Positions 40,301-53,316 of a DNA stretch of 64,000 bases are shown here, in pieces. The position numbers were made by a program, and so were the translations under genes. Position 1 is the first letter of the stretch. Each line of letters opens with the position of its first letter. The stretch lies in contig OZ024748.1 of assembly GCA_964016885.1 (NCBI GenBank), forward strand, positions 34,658,001 through 34,722,000. The letters are read 5' to 3'. Source of the stretch: Eledone cirrhosa. Lineage: Eukaryota. Below the pieces are notes generated by a model. It did not search any database. It was given only the letters and a program-made list of their open reading frames with translations, and had not been told where the DNA came from.

Positions 40301-40717
40301 ACATACATACATACGTACATACGTACATACGTACGCATACATATATACTTACACATATACACACGCACACATACGTATACCTTTTGTTTGCCTACCCTCT
40401 CCCTCTAGCTTATTAAAAATCAATACGCTGAAATATCTGTACCAATACTTGACACCAGGCTCGATTTCGAATTAAGGCAACACAGATCGAAGTTAATTTA
40501 ATCATGAGTACCGGTCAACCCAATCGATATTGATTATATTGATAAAACATTTAAATCAGAGACGTTGGACTAACTTCCGGTTGATAGTGGGGGGGGGGGT
40601 TGCCCTCGACTGGCAGTAACAATAACGACAGTAACAATAACAACAGTAACAATAGCAACAGTAATAATAACAGTAACAATAGCAACAACAATAACAGTAA
40701 CATCGGAATCCGCAACT

Positions 40718-43700
40718 ACACTCCACTCCCAACGGTACCAGACAATCCACTCCCAACAGTACCAGACTCTCCACCCCCAAAAGTACCAGACACTCCACCC
40801 CAAACAGTATCAGACACTCCATCCCCAACAGTACCAGACACTCCATTCCAACAGTACCAGACACTCCACCCACAACAGTACCAGACACTCCACCCCAACA
40901 GTACCAGACACTCCACTCCCAACAGTATCAGACACTCCACTCCCAACAGTACCAGACACTCCACCCCCAACAATACCAGAGACTCCACCCCCAACAGTAC
41001 CAGACACTCCACCCCCAACAGTATCAGACACTCCACTCCCAATAGGACCAGACACTCCACTCCCAACAGTATCAGACACTCCATTCCAACAGTACCAGAC
41101 ACTCCTCCCCCAACAGTACCAGACACTCCACTCCCAACAGTACCAGACACTCCACCTCCAACAGTACCAGACACTCCATCCCCAACAGTACCAGACACTC
41201 CACCCCAACACTACCAGACACTCCACTCCCAATAGTATCAGACACTCCACTCCCAACAGTACCAGACACTCCACCCCAACACTACCAGACACTCCACTCC
41301 CAACAGTATCAGACACTCCACTCCCAACAGTACCAGACACACCACCCCCAACAATACCAGAGACTCCACCCCCAACAGTACCAGACACTCCACCTCCAAC
41401 AGTACCAGACACTCCACCCACAACAGTACAAGACACTCCACCCCCAACAGTACCAGACACTCCACTCCCAACAGTATCAGACACTCCACTCCCAACAGTA
41501 CCAGACACTCCACCCCCAACAGTACCAGACACTCCACCCCAACAGTATCAGACACTCCACTCCCAACAGTACCAGACACTCCACTCCCAAAAGTACCAGA
41601 CACTCCACTCCCAACAGTACCAGACACTCCACCCCCAACAGTACCAGACACTCCACTCCCAACAGTACCAGACACTCCATCCCCAACAGTACCAGACACT
41701 CCATCCCCAACAGTACCAGACACTCCATCCCCAACAGTACCAGACACTCCACCCCCAACAGTACCAGACACTCCATCCCCAACAGTACCAGACACTCCAT
41801 CCCCAACAGTACCAGACACTCCATCCCCAACAGTACCAGACACTCCACCCCCAACAGTACCAGACACTCCATCCCCAACAGTACCAGACACTCCACCCCC
41901 AACAGTACCAGACACTCCACCCCCAACAGTACCAGACACTCCACCCCCAACAGTACCAGACACTCCATCCCCAACAGTACCAGACACTCCACCCCCAACA
42001 GTACCAGACACTCCATCCCCAACAGTACCAGACACTCCATCCCCAACAGTACCAGACACTCAACCCCCAACAGTACCAGACACTCCATCCCCAACAGTAC
42101 CAGACACTCCATCCCCAACAGTACCAGACACTCCATCCCCAACAGTACCAGACACTCCATCCCCAACAGTACCAGACACTCCACTCCCAACAGTACCAGA
42201 CACTCCACCTCCAACAGTACCAGACACTCCATCCCCAACAGTACCAGACACTCCACCCCAACACTACCAGACACTCCACTCCCAACAGTATCAGACACTC
42301 CACTCCCAACAGTACCAGACACTCCACCCCAACACTACCAGACACTCCACTCCCAACAGTATCAGACACTCCACTCCCAACAGTACCAGACACACCACCC
42401 CAAACAATACCAGAGACTCCACCCCCAACAGTACCAGACACTCCACCTCCAACAGTACCAGACACTCCATCCCCAACAGTACCAGACACTCCATCCCCAA
42501 CAGTACCAGACACTCCATCCCCAACAGTACCAGACACTCCACCCCCAACAGTACCAGACACTCCACCCCCAACAGTACCAGACACTCCATCCCCAACAGT
42601 ACCAGACACTCCATCCCCAACAGTACCAGACACTCCATCCCCAACAGTACCAGACACTCCACCCCCAACAGTACCAGACACTCCATCCCCAACAGTACCA
42701 GACACTCCATCCCCAACAGTACCAGACACTCCACCTCCAACAGTACCAGACACTCCATCCCCAACAGTACCAGACACTCCATCCCCAACAGTACCAGACA
42801 CTCCACCCCCAACAGTACCAGACACTCCACCCCCAACAGTACCAGACACTCCATCCCCAACAGTACCAGACACTCCATCCCCAACAGTACCAGACACTCC
42901 ATCCCCAACAGTACCAGACACTCCATCCCCAACAGTACCAGACACTCCATCCCCAACAGTACCAGACACTCCATCCCCAACAGTACCAGACACTCCATCC
43001 CCAACAGTACCAGACACTCCATCCCCAACAGTACCAGACACTCCCTTCCAAACAGTACCAGACACTCCACCCCCAACAGTACCAGACACTCCATCCCCAA
43101 CAGTACCAGACACTCCACCCCCAACAGTACCAGACACTCCACCCACAACAGTACCAGACACTCCATCCCCAACAGTACCAGACACTCCATCCCCAACAGT
43201 ACCAGACACTCCATCCCCAACAGTACCAGACACTCCATCCCCAACAGTACCAGACACTCCATCCCCAACAGTACCAGACACTCCATCCCCAACAGTACCA
43301 GACACTCCATCCCCAACAGTACCAGACACTCCACCCCCAACAGTACCAGACACTCCATCCCCAACAGTACCAGACACTCCACCCCCAACAGTACCATACA
43401 CTCCATCCCCAACACTACCAGACACTCCATCCCCAACAGTACCAGACACTCCACCCCCAACAGTACCAGACACTCCATCCCCAACAGTACCAGACACTCC
43501 ACCCCCAACAGTACCAGACACTCCATCCCCAACAGTACCAGACACTCCATCCCCAACAGTACCAGACACTCCACCCCCAACAGTACCAGACACTCCACCC
43601 CCAACAGTACCAGACACTCCACTCCCAACAGTACCAGACACTCCATCCCCAAGAGTACCAGACACTCCATCCCCAACAGTACCAGACACTCCATCCCCAA

Positions 43701-46700
43701 CAGTACCAGACACTCCATCCCCAACAGTACCAGACACTCCATCCCCAACAGTACCAGACACTCCATCCCCAACAGTACCAGACACTCCACCCCCAACAGT
43801 ACCAGACACTCCATCCCCAACAGTACCAGACACTCCATCCCCAACAGTACCAGACACTCCATCCCCAACAGTACCAGACACTCCACCCCCAACAGTACCA
43901 GACACTCCACCCCCAACAGTACCAGACACTCCATCCCCAACAGTACCAGACACTCCATCCCCAACAGTACCAGACACTCCACTCCCAACAGTACCAGACA
44001 CTCCATCCCCAACAGTACCAGACACTCCATCCCCAACAGTACCAGACACTCCATCCCCAACAGTACCAGACACTCCATCCCCAACAGTACCAGACACTCC
44101 ATCCCCAACACTACCAGACACTCCATCCCCAACAGTACCAGACACTCCACCCTCAACAGTACCAGACACTCCATCCCCAACACTACCAGACACTCCATCC
44201 CCAACAGTACCAGACACTCCACCCTCAACAGTACCAGACACTCCATCCCCAACAGTACCAGACACTCCATCCCCAACACTACCAGACACTCCATCCCCAA
44301 CAGTACCAGACACTCCACCCTCAACAGTACCAGACACTCCATCCCCAACAGTACCAGACACTCCACCCCCAACAGTACCAGACACTCCATCCCCAACAGT
44401 ACCAGACACTCCATCCCCAACAGTACCAGACACTCCACCCCCAACAGTACCAGCCACTCCACCCCCAACAGTACCAGACACTCCACTCCCAACAGTACCA
44501 GACAATCCATCCCCAAGAGTACCAGACACTCCATCCCCAACAGTACCAGACACTCCATCCCCAACAGTACCAGACACTCCATCCCCAACAGTACCAGACA
44601 CTCCATCCCCAACAGTACCAGACACTCCATCCCCAACAGTACCAGACACTCCACCCCCAACAGTACCAGACACTCCATCCCCAACAGTACCAGACACTCC
44701 ATCCCCAACAGTACCAGACACTCCACCCCCAACAGTACCAGACACTCCACCCCCAACAGTACCAGACACTCCATCCCCAACAGTACCAGACACTCCACCC
44801 CCAACAGTACCAGACACTCCACCCCCAACAGTACCAGACACTCCATCCCCAACAGTACCAGACACTCCATCCCCAACAGTACCAGACACTCCATCCCCAA
44901 CAGTACCAGACACTCCACTCCCAACAGTACCAGACACTCCATCCCCAACAGTACCAGACACTCCATCCCCAACAGTACCAGACACTCCATCCCCAACAGT
45001 ACCAGACACTCCATCCCCAACAGTACCAGACACTCCATCCCCAACAGTACCAGACACTCCATCCCCAACAGTACCAGACACTCCACCCCCAACAGTACCA
45101 GACACTCCATCCCCAACAGTACCAGACACTCCATCCCCAACAGTACCAGACACTCCATCCCCAACAGTACCAGACACTCCACCCCCAACAGTACCAGACA
45201 CTCCACCCCCAACAGTACCAGACACTCCATCCCCAACAGTACCAGACACTCCACCCCCAACAGTACCAGACACTCCACCCCCAACAGTACCAGACACTCC
45301 ATCCCCAACAGTACCAGACACTCCACTCCCAACAGTACCAGACACTCCATGCCCAACAGTACCAGACACTCCATCCCCAACAGTACCAGACACTCCATCC
45401 CCAACAGTACCAGACACTCCATCCCCAACAGTACCAGACACTCCATCCCCAACAGTACCAGACACTCCACTCCCAACAGTACCAGACACTCCACCCCCAA
45501 CAGTACCAGACACTCCATCCCCAACAGTACCAGACACTCCACCCCCAACAGTACCAGACACTCCATCCCCAACAGTACCAGACACTCCATCCCCAACAGT
45601 ACCAGACACTCCATCCCCAACAGTACCAGACACTCCACCCCCAACAGTACCAGACACTCCATCCCCAACAGTACCAGACACTCCATCCCCAACAGTACCA
45701 GACACTCCATCCCCAACAGTACCAGACACTCCACCCCCAACAGTACCAGACACTCCACCCACAACAGTACCAGACACTCCATCCCAACAGTACCAGACAC
45801 TCCACCCCCAACAGTACCAGACACTCCACCCCCAACAGTACCAGACACTCCATCCCCAACAGTACCAGACACTCCACCCCCAACAGTACCAGACACTCCA
45901 TCCCCAACAGTACCAGACACTCCATCCCCAACAGTACCAGACACTCCATCCCCAACAGTACCAGACACTCCACCCCCAACAGTACCAGACACTCCACCCC
46001 CAACAGTACCAGACACTCCATCCCCAACAGTACCAGACACTCCATCCCCAACAGTACCAGACACTCCATCCCCAACAGTACCAGACACTCCATCCCCAAC
46101 AGTACCAGACACTCCACCCCCAACAGTACCAGACACTCCACCCCCAACAGTACCAGACACTCCACTCCCAACAGTACCAGACACTCCATCCCCAAGAGTA
46201 CCAGACACTCCATCCCCAACAGTACCAGACACTCCATCCCCAACAGTACCAGACACTCCACCCCCAACAGTACCAGACACTCCATCCCCAACATTACCAG
46301 ACACTCCATCCCCAACAGTACCAGACACTCCACCCCCAACAGTACCAGACACTCCACTCCCAACAGTACCAGACACTCCACCCCCAACAGTACCAGACAC
46401 TCCATCCCCAACAGTACCAGACACTCCACCCCCAACAGTACCAGACACTCCATCCCCAACAGTACCAGACACTCCACCCCCAACAGTAACAGACACTCCA
46501 TCCCCAACAGTACCAGACACTCCATCCCCAACAGTACCAGACACTCCATCCCCAACAGTACCAGACACTCCACCCCCAACAGTACCAGACACTCCATCCC
46601 CAACAGTACCAGACACTCCACCCCCAACAGTACCAGACACTCCACCTCCAACAGTACCAGACACTCCATCCCCAACAGTACCAGACACTCCACCCCCAAC

Positions 46701-48175
46701 AGTACCAGACACTCCATCCCCAACAGTACCAGACACTCCATCCCCAACAGTACCAGACACTCCATCCCCAACAGTACCAGACACTCCACCCCCAACAGTA
46801 CCAGACACTCCATCCCCAACAGTACCAGACACTCCACCCCCAACAGTACCAGACACTCCACCTCCAACAGTACCAGACACTCCATCCCCAACAGTACCAG
46901 ACACTCCACCCCCAACAGTACCAGACACTCCATCCCCAACAGTACCAGACACTCCACCCCCAACAGTACCAGACACTCCATCCCCAACAGTACCAGACAC
47001 TCCACCCCCAACAGTACCAGACACTCCACCCCCAACAGTACCAGACACTCCACCCCCAACAGTACCAGACACTCCATCCCCAACAGTACCAGACACTCCA
47101 TCCCCAACAGTACCAGACACTCCATCCCCAACAGTACCAGACACTCCACCCCCAACAGTACCAGACACTCCACCCCCAACAGTACCAGACACTCCACTCC
47201 CAACAGTACCAGACACTCCATCCCCAAGAGTACCAGACACTCCATCCCCAACAGTACCAGACACTCCATCCCCAACAGTACCAGACACTCCACCCCCAAC
47301 AGTACCAGACACTCCATCCCCAACAGTACCAGACACTCCATCCCCAACAGTACCAGACACTCCACCCCCAACAGTACCAGACACTCCACTCCCAACAGTA
47401 CCAGACACTCCACCCCCAACAGTACCAGACACTCCATCCCCAACAGTACCAGACACTCCACCCCCAACAGTACCAGACACTCCATCCCCAACAGTACCAG
47501 ACACTCCACCCCCAACAGTACCAGACACTCCATCCCCAACAGTACCAGACACTCCATCCCCAACAGTACCAGACACTCCACCCCCAACAGTACCAGACAC
47601 TCCATCCCCAACAGTACCAGACACTCCATCCCCAACAGTACGAGACACTCCATCCCCAACAGTACCAGACACTCCATCCCCAACAGTACCAGACACTCCA
47701 CCCCCAACAGTACCAGACACTCCATCCCCAACAGTACCAGACACTCCATCCCCAACAGTACCAGACACTCCATCCCCAACAGTACCAGACACTCCACCCC
47801 CAACAGTACCAGACACTCCACCCCCAACAGTACCAGACACTCCATCCCCAACAGTACCAGACACTCCACCCCTAACAGTACCAGACACTCCACCCCCAAC
47901 AGTACCAGACACTCCATCCCCAACAGTACCAGACACTCCATCCCCAACAGTACCAGATACTCCACCCCCAACAGTACCAGACACTCCACCCCCAACAGTA
48001 CCAGACACTCCATCCCCAACAGTACCAGACACTCCATCCCCAACAGTACCAGACACTCCATCCCCAACAGTACCAGACACTCCACCCCCAACAGTACCAG
48101 ACACTCCATCCCCAACAGTACCAGACACTCCATCCCCAACAGTACCAGACACTCCACCCCAACAGTATCAGACCT
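40718..48175. repeat. 24-bp satellite ACAGTACCAGACACTCCAYCCCCA, about 310 copies
   Basis: Direct inspection; open in several frames on both strands, which explains the very long ORFs. Confidence 0.98.
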
Positions 48176-48588
48176 CCACCTCGGAAGCCCCGACTACTTA
48201 CCCACATCACGCATCCTAATATACCGATCCCATTACTGGACTGATAATTTATTTATTGACCTCCAAAATATGAAAGGCAAAATTGACCTGGATGGGACTC
48301 GACCTCAAATCCCTGTCAACAGAACAAATAAGAAGGCAATGTTAATACAACCCCCTAACCCTTTTGTCAATTCCTTGCCCCCTTCTGCTCCTTTACTCTC
48401 ACTAAAACATATACAAATAATAATAACAATAATCAATTTAAGGAATAACTTAAACTAAAATTGTAGCTTTCTATTTCTGCTCAATCTGACGGTTCCATAT
48501 TTAGACCAAGAATATCGATTACAGAGCGAGAGGGGAGGGCAGCGATTAAATCATTCCCATAATTCATTTCAATAAATACCCAAAAAAA

Positions 48589-48659
<71 letters not shown>

Positions 48660-48962
48660 GTATTTATTTATGGGTTTTCCAAATTAGCTATAAAACGTGT
48701 TAGGAAATATCCGTTTCCAATATATATTCCTGTGAAAATCCCAAATATTTATCAGTTCCTTAGACTTGAAGTACCATTTTTTACACTGAGAAGAAAAAAA
48801 TAGCGATGAGAAAATATATAGAAAGGATAAAAAGGACGATTTTTCCTTTTTATCCTTTCTATATTTTACACTCTGTATAGCTCTACACATCATCACAGAA
48901 GTGAACCTAAACATCGAGTGCTCACCCGGGTGAACCTGCAGTAACTCCTAGTTACACCCTCT

Positions 48963-49082
<120 letters not shown>

Positions 49083-49377
49083 AATTAGTATATCTAGTAA
49101 CATATATATACACAGATGCATACTTATGCTAGCAAATATATATATACACATATATATATATATATACACACATATATATATGTGTGTATATATATATATA
49201 TATACACACATATATATATATGTGTGTGTTTGTGTGTAGATGTCTATAAGGAATAGCAATTATAGAAATCTTTTAGTGAAACGGATGTAACAGAGATAGA
49301 TAAACCGAATCACAAAAAATTCTGCCATAATGAATATTTCCTCCAAAACTGGTCATAGTTCATACAAATCTTACTCG

Positions 49378-49534
<157 letters not shown>

Positions 49535-50029
49535 GACACCAATAATAAATTTAATCAACAAACTGGATCTAGAATCTTCTCGTCCTCTATGGCTTCTGTC
49601 ATCTTGTTTTAACCTCCAAATTATTTTCATTTGTTCAAAATGAAAACGAAATAAATAAATAATGGAAAAAAAAATTGTTTATAAGTTAGTACTAAGCCTT
49701 CGTATTTGTAGTTTGGCCAAATAGTTAAGAAATTCGATTCGCAATCATTAGCTTCAGGGGTTCGATTCTACTAGGTAGTATTAATGGTGCTGGCATTAAT
49801 GTTGTTGCTGTTTTTTTAGTATGTTTGTTGTTTTGATGCTGTGTACAGGGAACTGGTGGCGGCGGCGGCGGTGTTGGGTTCATTTTCATATATTTTTATT
49901 GAATGAATTTTGTCGACACCGTTTTAGTTAGCTTTACTGTTATTGTTGCTGCTGTTGTTGTTGTGGTGGTGGTTGTTGTTGGTGATTGTGGCGGTAGTGG
50001 TAGTGTCTGTAATGGTGTTAATTATTATA

Positions 50030-50060
<31 letters not shown>

Positions 50061-50071
50061 TCATTATTATT

Positions 50072-50236
50072 ATCCCATTTTGGGGAAATTTTTGTTGTTT
50101 GAATTTTTTTGATTTCTAGCCCGATTTTCTTATAACCTGTTTACACGACCAAAACCCACTTTGTATCGTCCTGTACTGTTCTGTGCCGTCTCTAATGTTT
50201 TTCTTCGTCTTAGCCTTTGTGGCCAATAAAGAAACC
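50072..50236 (+). mobile_element. Short 3'-terminal piece of the Tx1-like LINE
   Basis: Similar to 53093-53256 and ends at the same GGCCAATAAAGAAACC. Confidence 0.88.
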
Positions 50237-53200
50237 CTGTAGGTTGTCCACAATTTAAAGTAGTCGACTACACGGACCACAAATTTGTGATCTGTGAAGT
50301 TAACTTAGATAGACTCCATAGGCAAGGACCCGGCTACTGGAAGCTGAACGCATCGTTCCCGGCACGCAAAGCTTACAGCGACCGCATTAGCGAATTAGTT
50401 AAGCGTGCGTTGACGGGTGCGATCGTCAACAACAGGTCGTGGTTTACCCTGAAAAGGGCTATTAGAGTAGAATCGATAAGGTTTAGCAAAGGAGTGGTGA
50501 TAGAGGAAAATAGAGTAGAGGGAGAGTTAGTTAGAAAGCTAGAAGAGACGATTAGGACAGGCATCGCAACCGACATGCTTGCGGCAAGATTGGCACTCGA
50601 CCAATTCTTCAACACAAAGCATGAAGGGTGCGTTGTCAGAGCTAGAACGCCTGCTCTAAGACACGAGGGGGCGAAAGCCGTTCAATGGGTCCGGGTGGTG
50701 GAGGCGCGGCGTGGCAACAAGTTTACAATTCGGTTTTTGCCTGATCAAAACGGGCGCATGTTGCTCGAACCCGAGCTGATGTGTGCGGCTTTTCAACAGC
50801 ACTTTGCTCAATTGTTCGGGAGCGGCGGCGGGCCGGATCGGAGTATGGACTTCGGTGCATACCTCGACGGACTGCCGCGGCTCTCGACGACCGCAGCGCA
50901 GTGCTGCGAAAAGCCGATAACAGCCAATGAAATACGGGAAGCGATGTCTGACTGCACCAGGGGTAAATCGCCAGGTTTGGATGGTCTACCCTACGAGCTT
51001 TATGCGTATATACCAGACTTGTTCGGCGACCTCTTGGCAGATGTCTACTGCAACTGGCAGCAAAACGGGAGCATTCCCAGTTTTGTGAGCCAGGGAGCGG
51101 TGCCGCTTCTGAGAAAAGACCCGAACAAGGGGGACGTTATAGACAACTTCAGGCCTATAACTCTGCTAAACGCAGAGTTTAAGATTTGGGCCAAGGTGTT
51201 AGCAAAGAGATTGGCGCTTGTCGACGGTGATCTGGTGGGAGAGGCGCAGACATGCGCCATTCCGGACAAATCCATCCACGACAACCTCCATCTCATGCGA
51301 TACATCATAGAGAGGGTGGTTAAGAAACCTGGCACGGGTGGGGCCATGATCAACTTGAATCAATCTAAAGCATTTGATAGAGTCGACCATCGGTAACTGG
51401 CTGCGGTCCTCGAGGCGGCCGGCTTCGGGCCCGTTTTTAGGGGCTTGATCGCTGCGATGCACCACGATATCTGCTCGATTGTGTGGGTGAATGGTCACCT
51501 GTCGCAGCCTTTCAGAATCATGCGCTCGGTCCGCCAGGGTTTCCCCCTGTCGTCCCCTTGTACGTACTGGCCCTCGAGCCGGTACTTCATAAATTGGAGA
51601 CGATGAAGGGGATCCCACGGGAACTGGGATGCGGGAGATCCGTGTCAGCTTACGCCGACGACATCACCGTGGTGGTGTCGAGCACCAAATACGTCCAGAT
51701 GTTCGGCACCGCTCTCAAGGAATACGAAGCAGTGACAGGAGCAAAGATAAACCAGGAAAAGTCGGTGGGCTTGCAACTCGGCACCTGGTGAGACAAGTCC
51801 AAGCCGTCCGACAGCGTCGAGGGGTACTGGACGGAAGAAGCGGTTAAATTGCTCGGGGTCTGGTTCGGTCTGAACCTCCAGATGGAGAAAAACGGGAGTA
51901 GGGTGATGAGCAGGATGGCCTCTCTCACCCAGAAAAGGGCCGAGAGGAGGTTGTCTCTGAAAGGTCGAGCGGAGGTGGCGAATGCGCACATAGCGTCCGT
52001 CATCTGCTACCGCCTGACCGTTGTACCTTGCCCCTGCCCAACTCTGACAAAAATGCAGCGCCTTCTCTTCCGCTTTTTATGGAAGGGACGTGCTCCCATG
52101 ATCAGACGATCAATTTGCTGTCAACACCCGTTACGTGGAGGACTAGGCATGCCGTGGTTGATGATGCGCAAACATGCGCTGAGGCTGCGACATCTCTGGT
52201 GCTTCCTTGGCGGTGAACAGGTGTGGCCACCGTTTGCCAGATGCGCTTTTCCTCAGCTCGTCTCCTTGACGGAGCTGCAGTCCTGGATCAGGAAAAGACT
52301 GAGGGATAGCGCTTGGAAACTGGAATGTCTCCAAGCGCTCACCGCCCTCTACCAGCTGGGCACTAGTATCGGTGGAACATCCACCTCGGCGTTCTATAGA
52401 GGGCTAGTGGAGGGAAAGAGCGACAACGTTCTCTGGGAGACCCTGGGCGTCGAAGAAGATCAGCTGTTTTCTCTCTTCAAGAGAACTTTCAGACCGGGGC
52501 CTATGGACAACTTCCAGAAATCCCTGGCCTGGCAGTGCTACCGGGGAGCGTTGCCGGTTCGGGATAAGCTCTACAGGCCTTGATGTGCTGTCACCCGAGC
52601 CTGTCCGAGATGCGTGCAGGGTGACGAAACGGTGCTGCACGCACTCGTTCAGTGCCCGAGGATTGCTGACTTGTGGAGCTATGTCGCACAGCTGCTGTCG
52701 CGTGTAGGACGGATCCGGTTATCGACTGAGTCCCTTGTGCAGATAGCCCCGCCATCCTCCTTTAAAGAGGAGGAAGGGCAGGCAGTTTTCATCTGCCCGG
52801 TGGCCATGGCGAAAGGGTTGAAGACGGACACTTTCCTCTTCGGCCAATCCCTGATTAACTTTTTCAAGTTTCACTTGAAGAGGAAAATCAGGGTGGAGAG
52901 GCAAGTGCTGTCTTCTAGTAAGTTTGTTGAAAGGTGGGTGAAAGTGGCGAGTCTGGTCCGAGTGAACGGGCCCGCTCTGAGTATGCGCCTGTAGACTGAG
53001 GAGTGGGAAAACTGAGAGAGGGCGCTTGCCCTGGTGGTCAGGGTGGCCGTGATCTTTTGTGTGGTTTTCGCCACGAGTGACCCTTGGAAATGTACCCCCT
53101 ATCGGGGAATGTTTTGTTGTTTGAAAATTTTTTGTTATTTCTTTCTTGTTATAACTTGTTCTACACGGCCAAAACCCACTTTGTATCGTCCTGTACCGTT

Positions 53201-53256
53201 CTGTGCCGTCTGTAATGTTTTTCTTCATGTTAGCCCTTGTGGCCAATAAAGAAACC
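50237..53256 (+). mobile_element. L1/Tx1-clade LINE, 5'-truncated, ORF2 inactivated
   Basis: End of APE domain (TDHKFV, GPGYWKLN), RT motifs (KSPGLDGLP, NFRPITLLN, KAFDRVDH, YADD), GGLGMP and a Cys/His knuckle (CPRC..ETVLHALVQC). Several stops and frameshifts; ATT tail. Confidence 0.93.
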
Positions 53257-53284
53257 ATTATTATTATCATTATTATTATTATTA

Positions 53285-53316
<32 letters not shown>

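Noticed and set aside
41548-48219. Mucin/extensin-like PTVPDTPS, GVSGTVGD and MECLVLLG ORFs (956-1953 aa)
   Set aside because: The 24-bp satellite is open in most frames on both strands; variation is not biased to third codon positions and there is no signal peptide.
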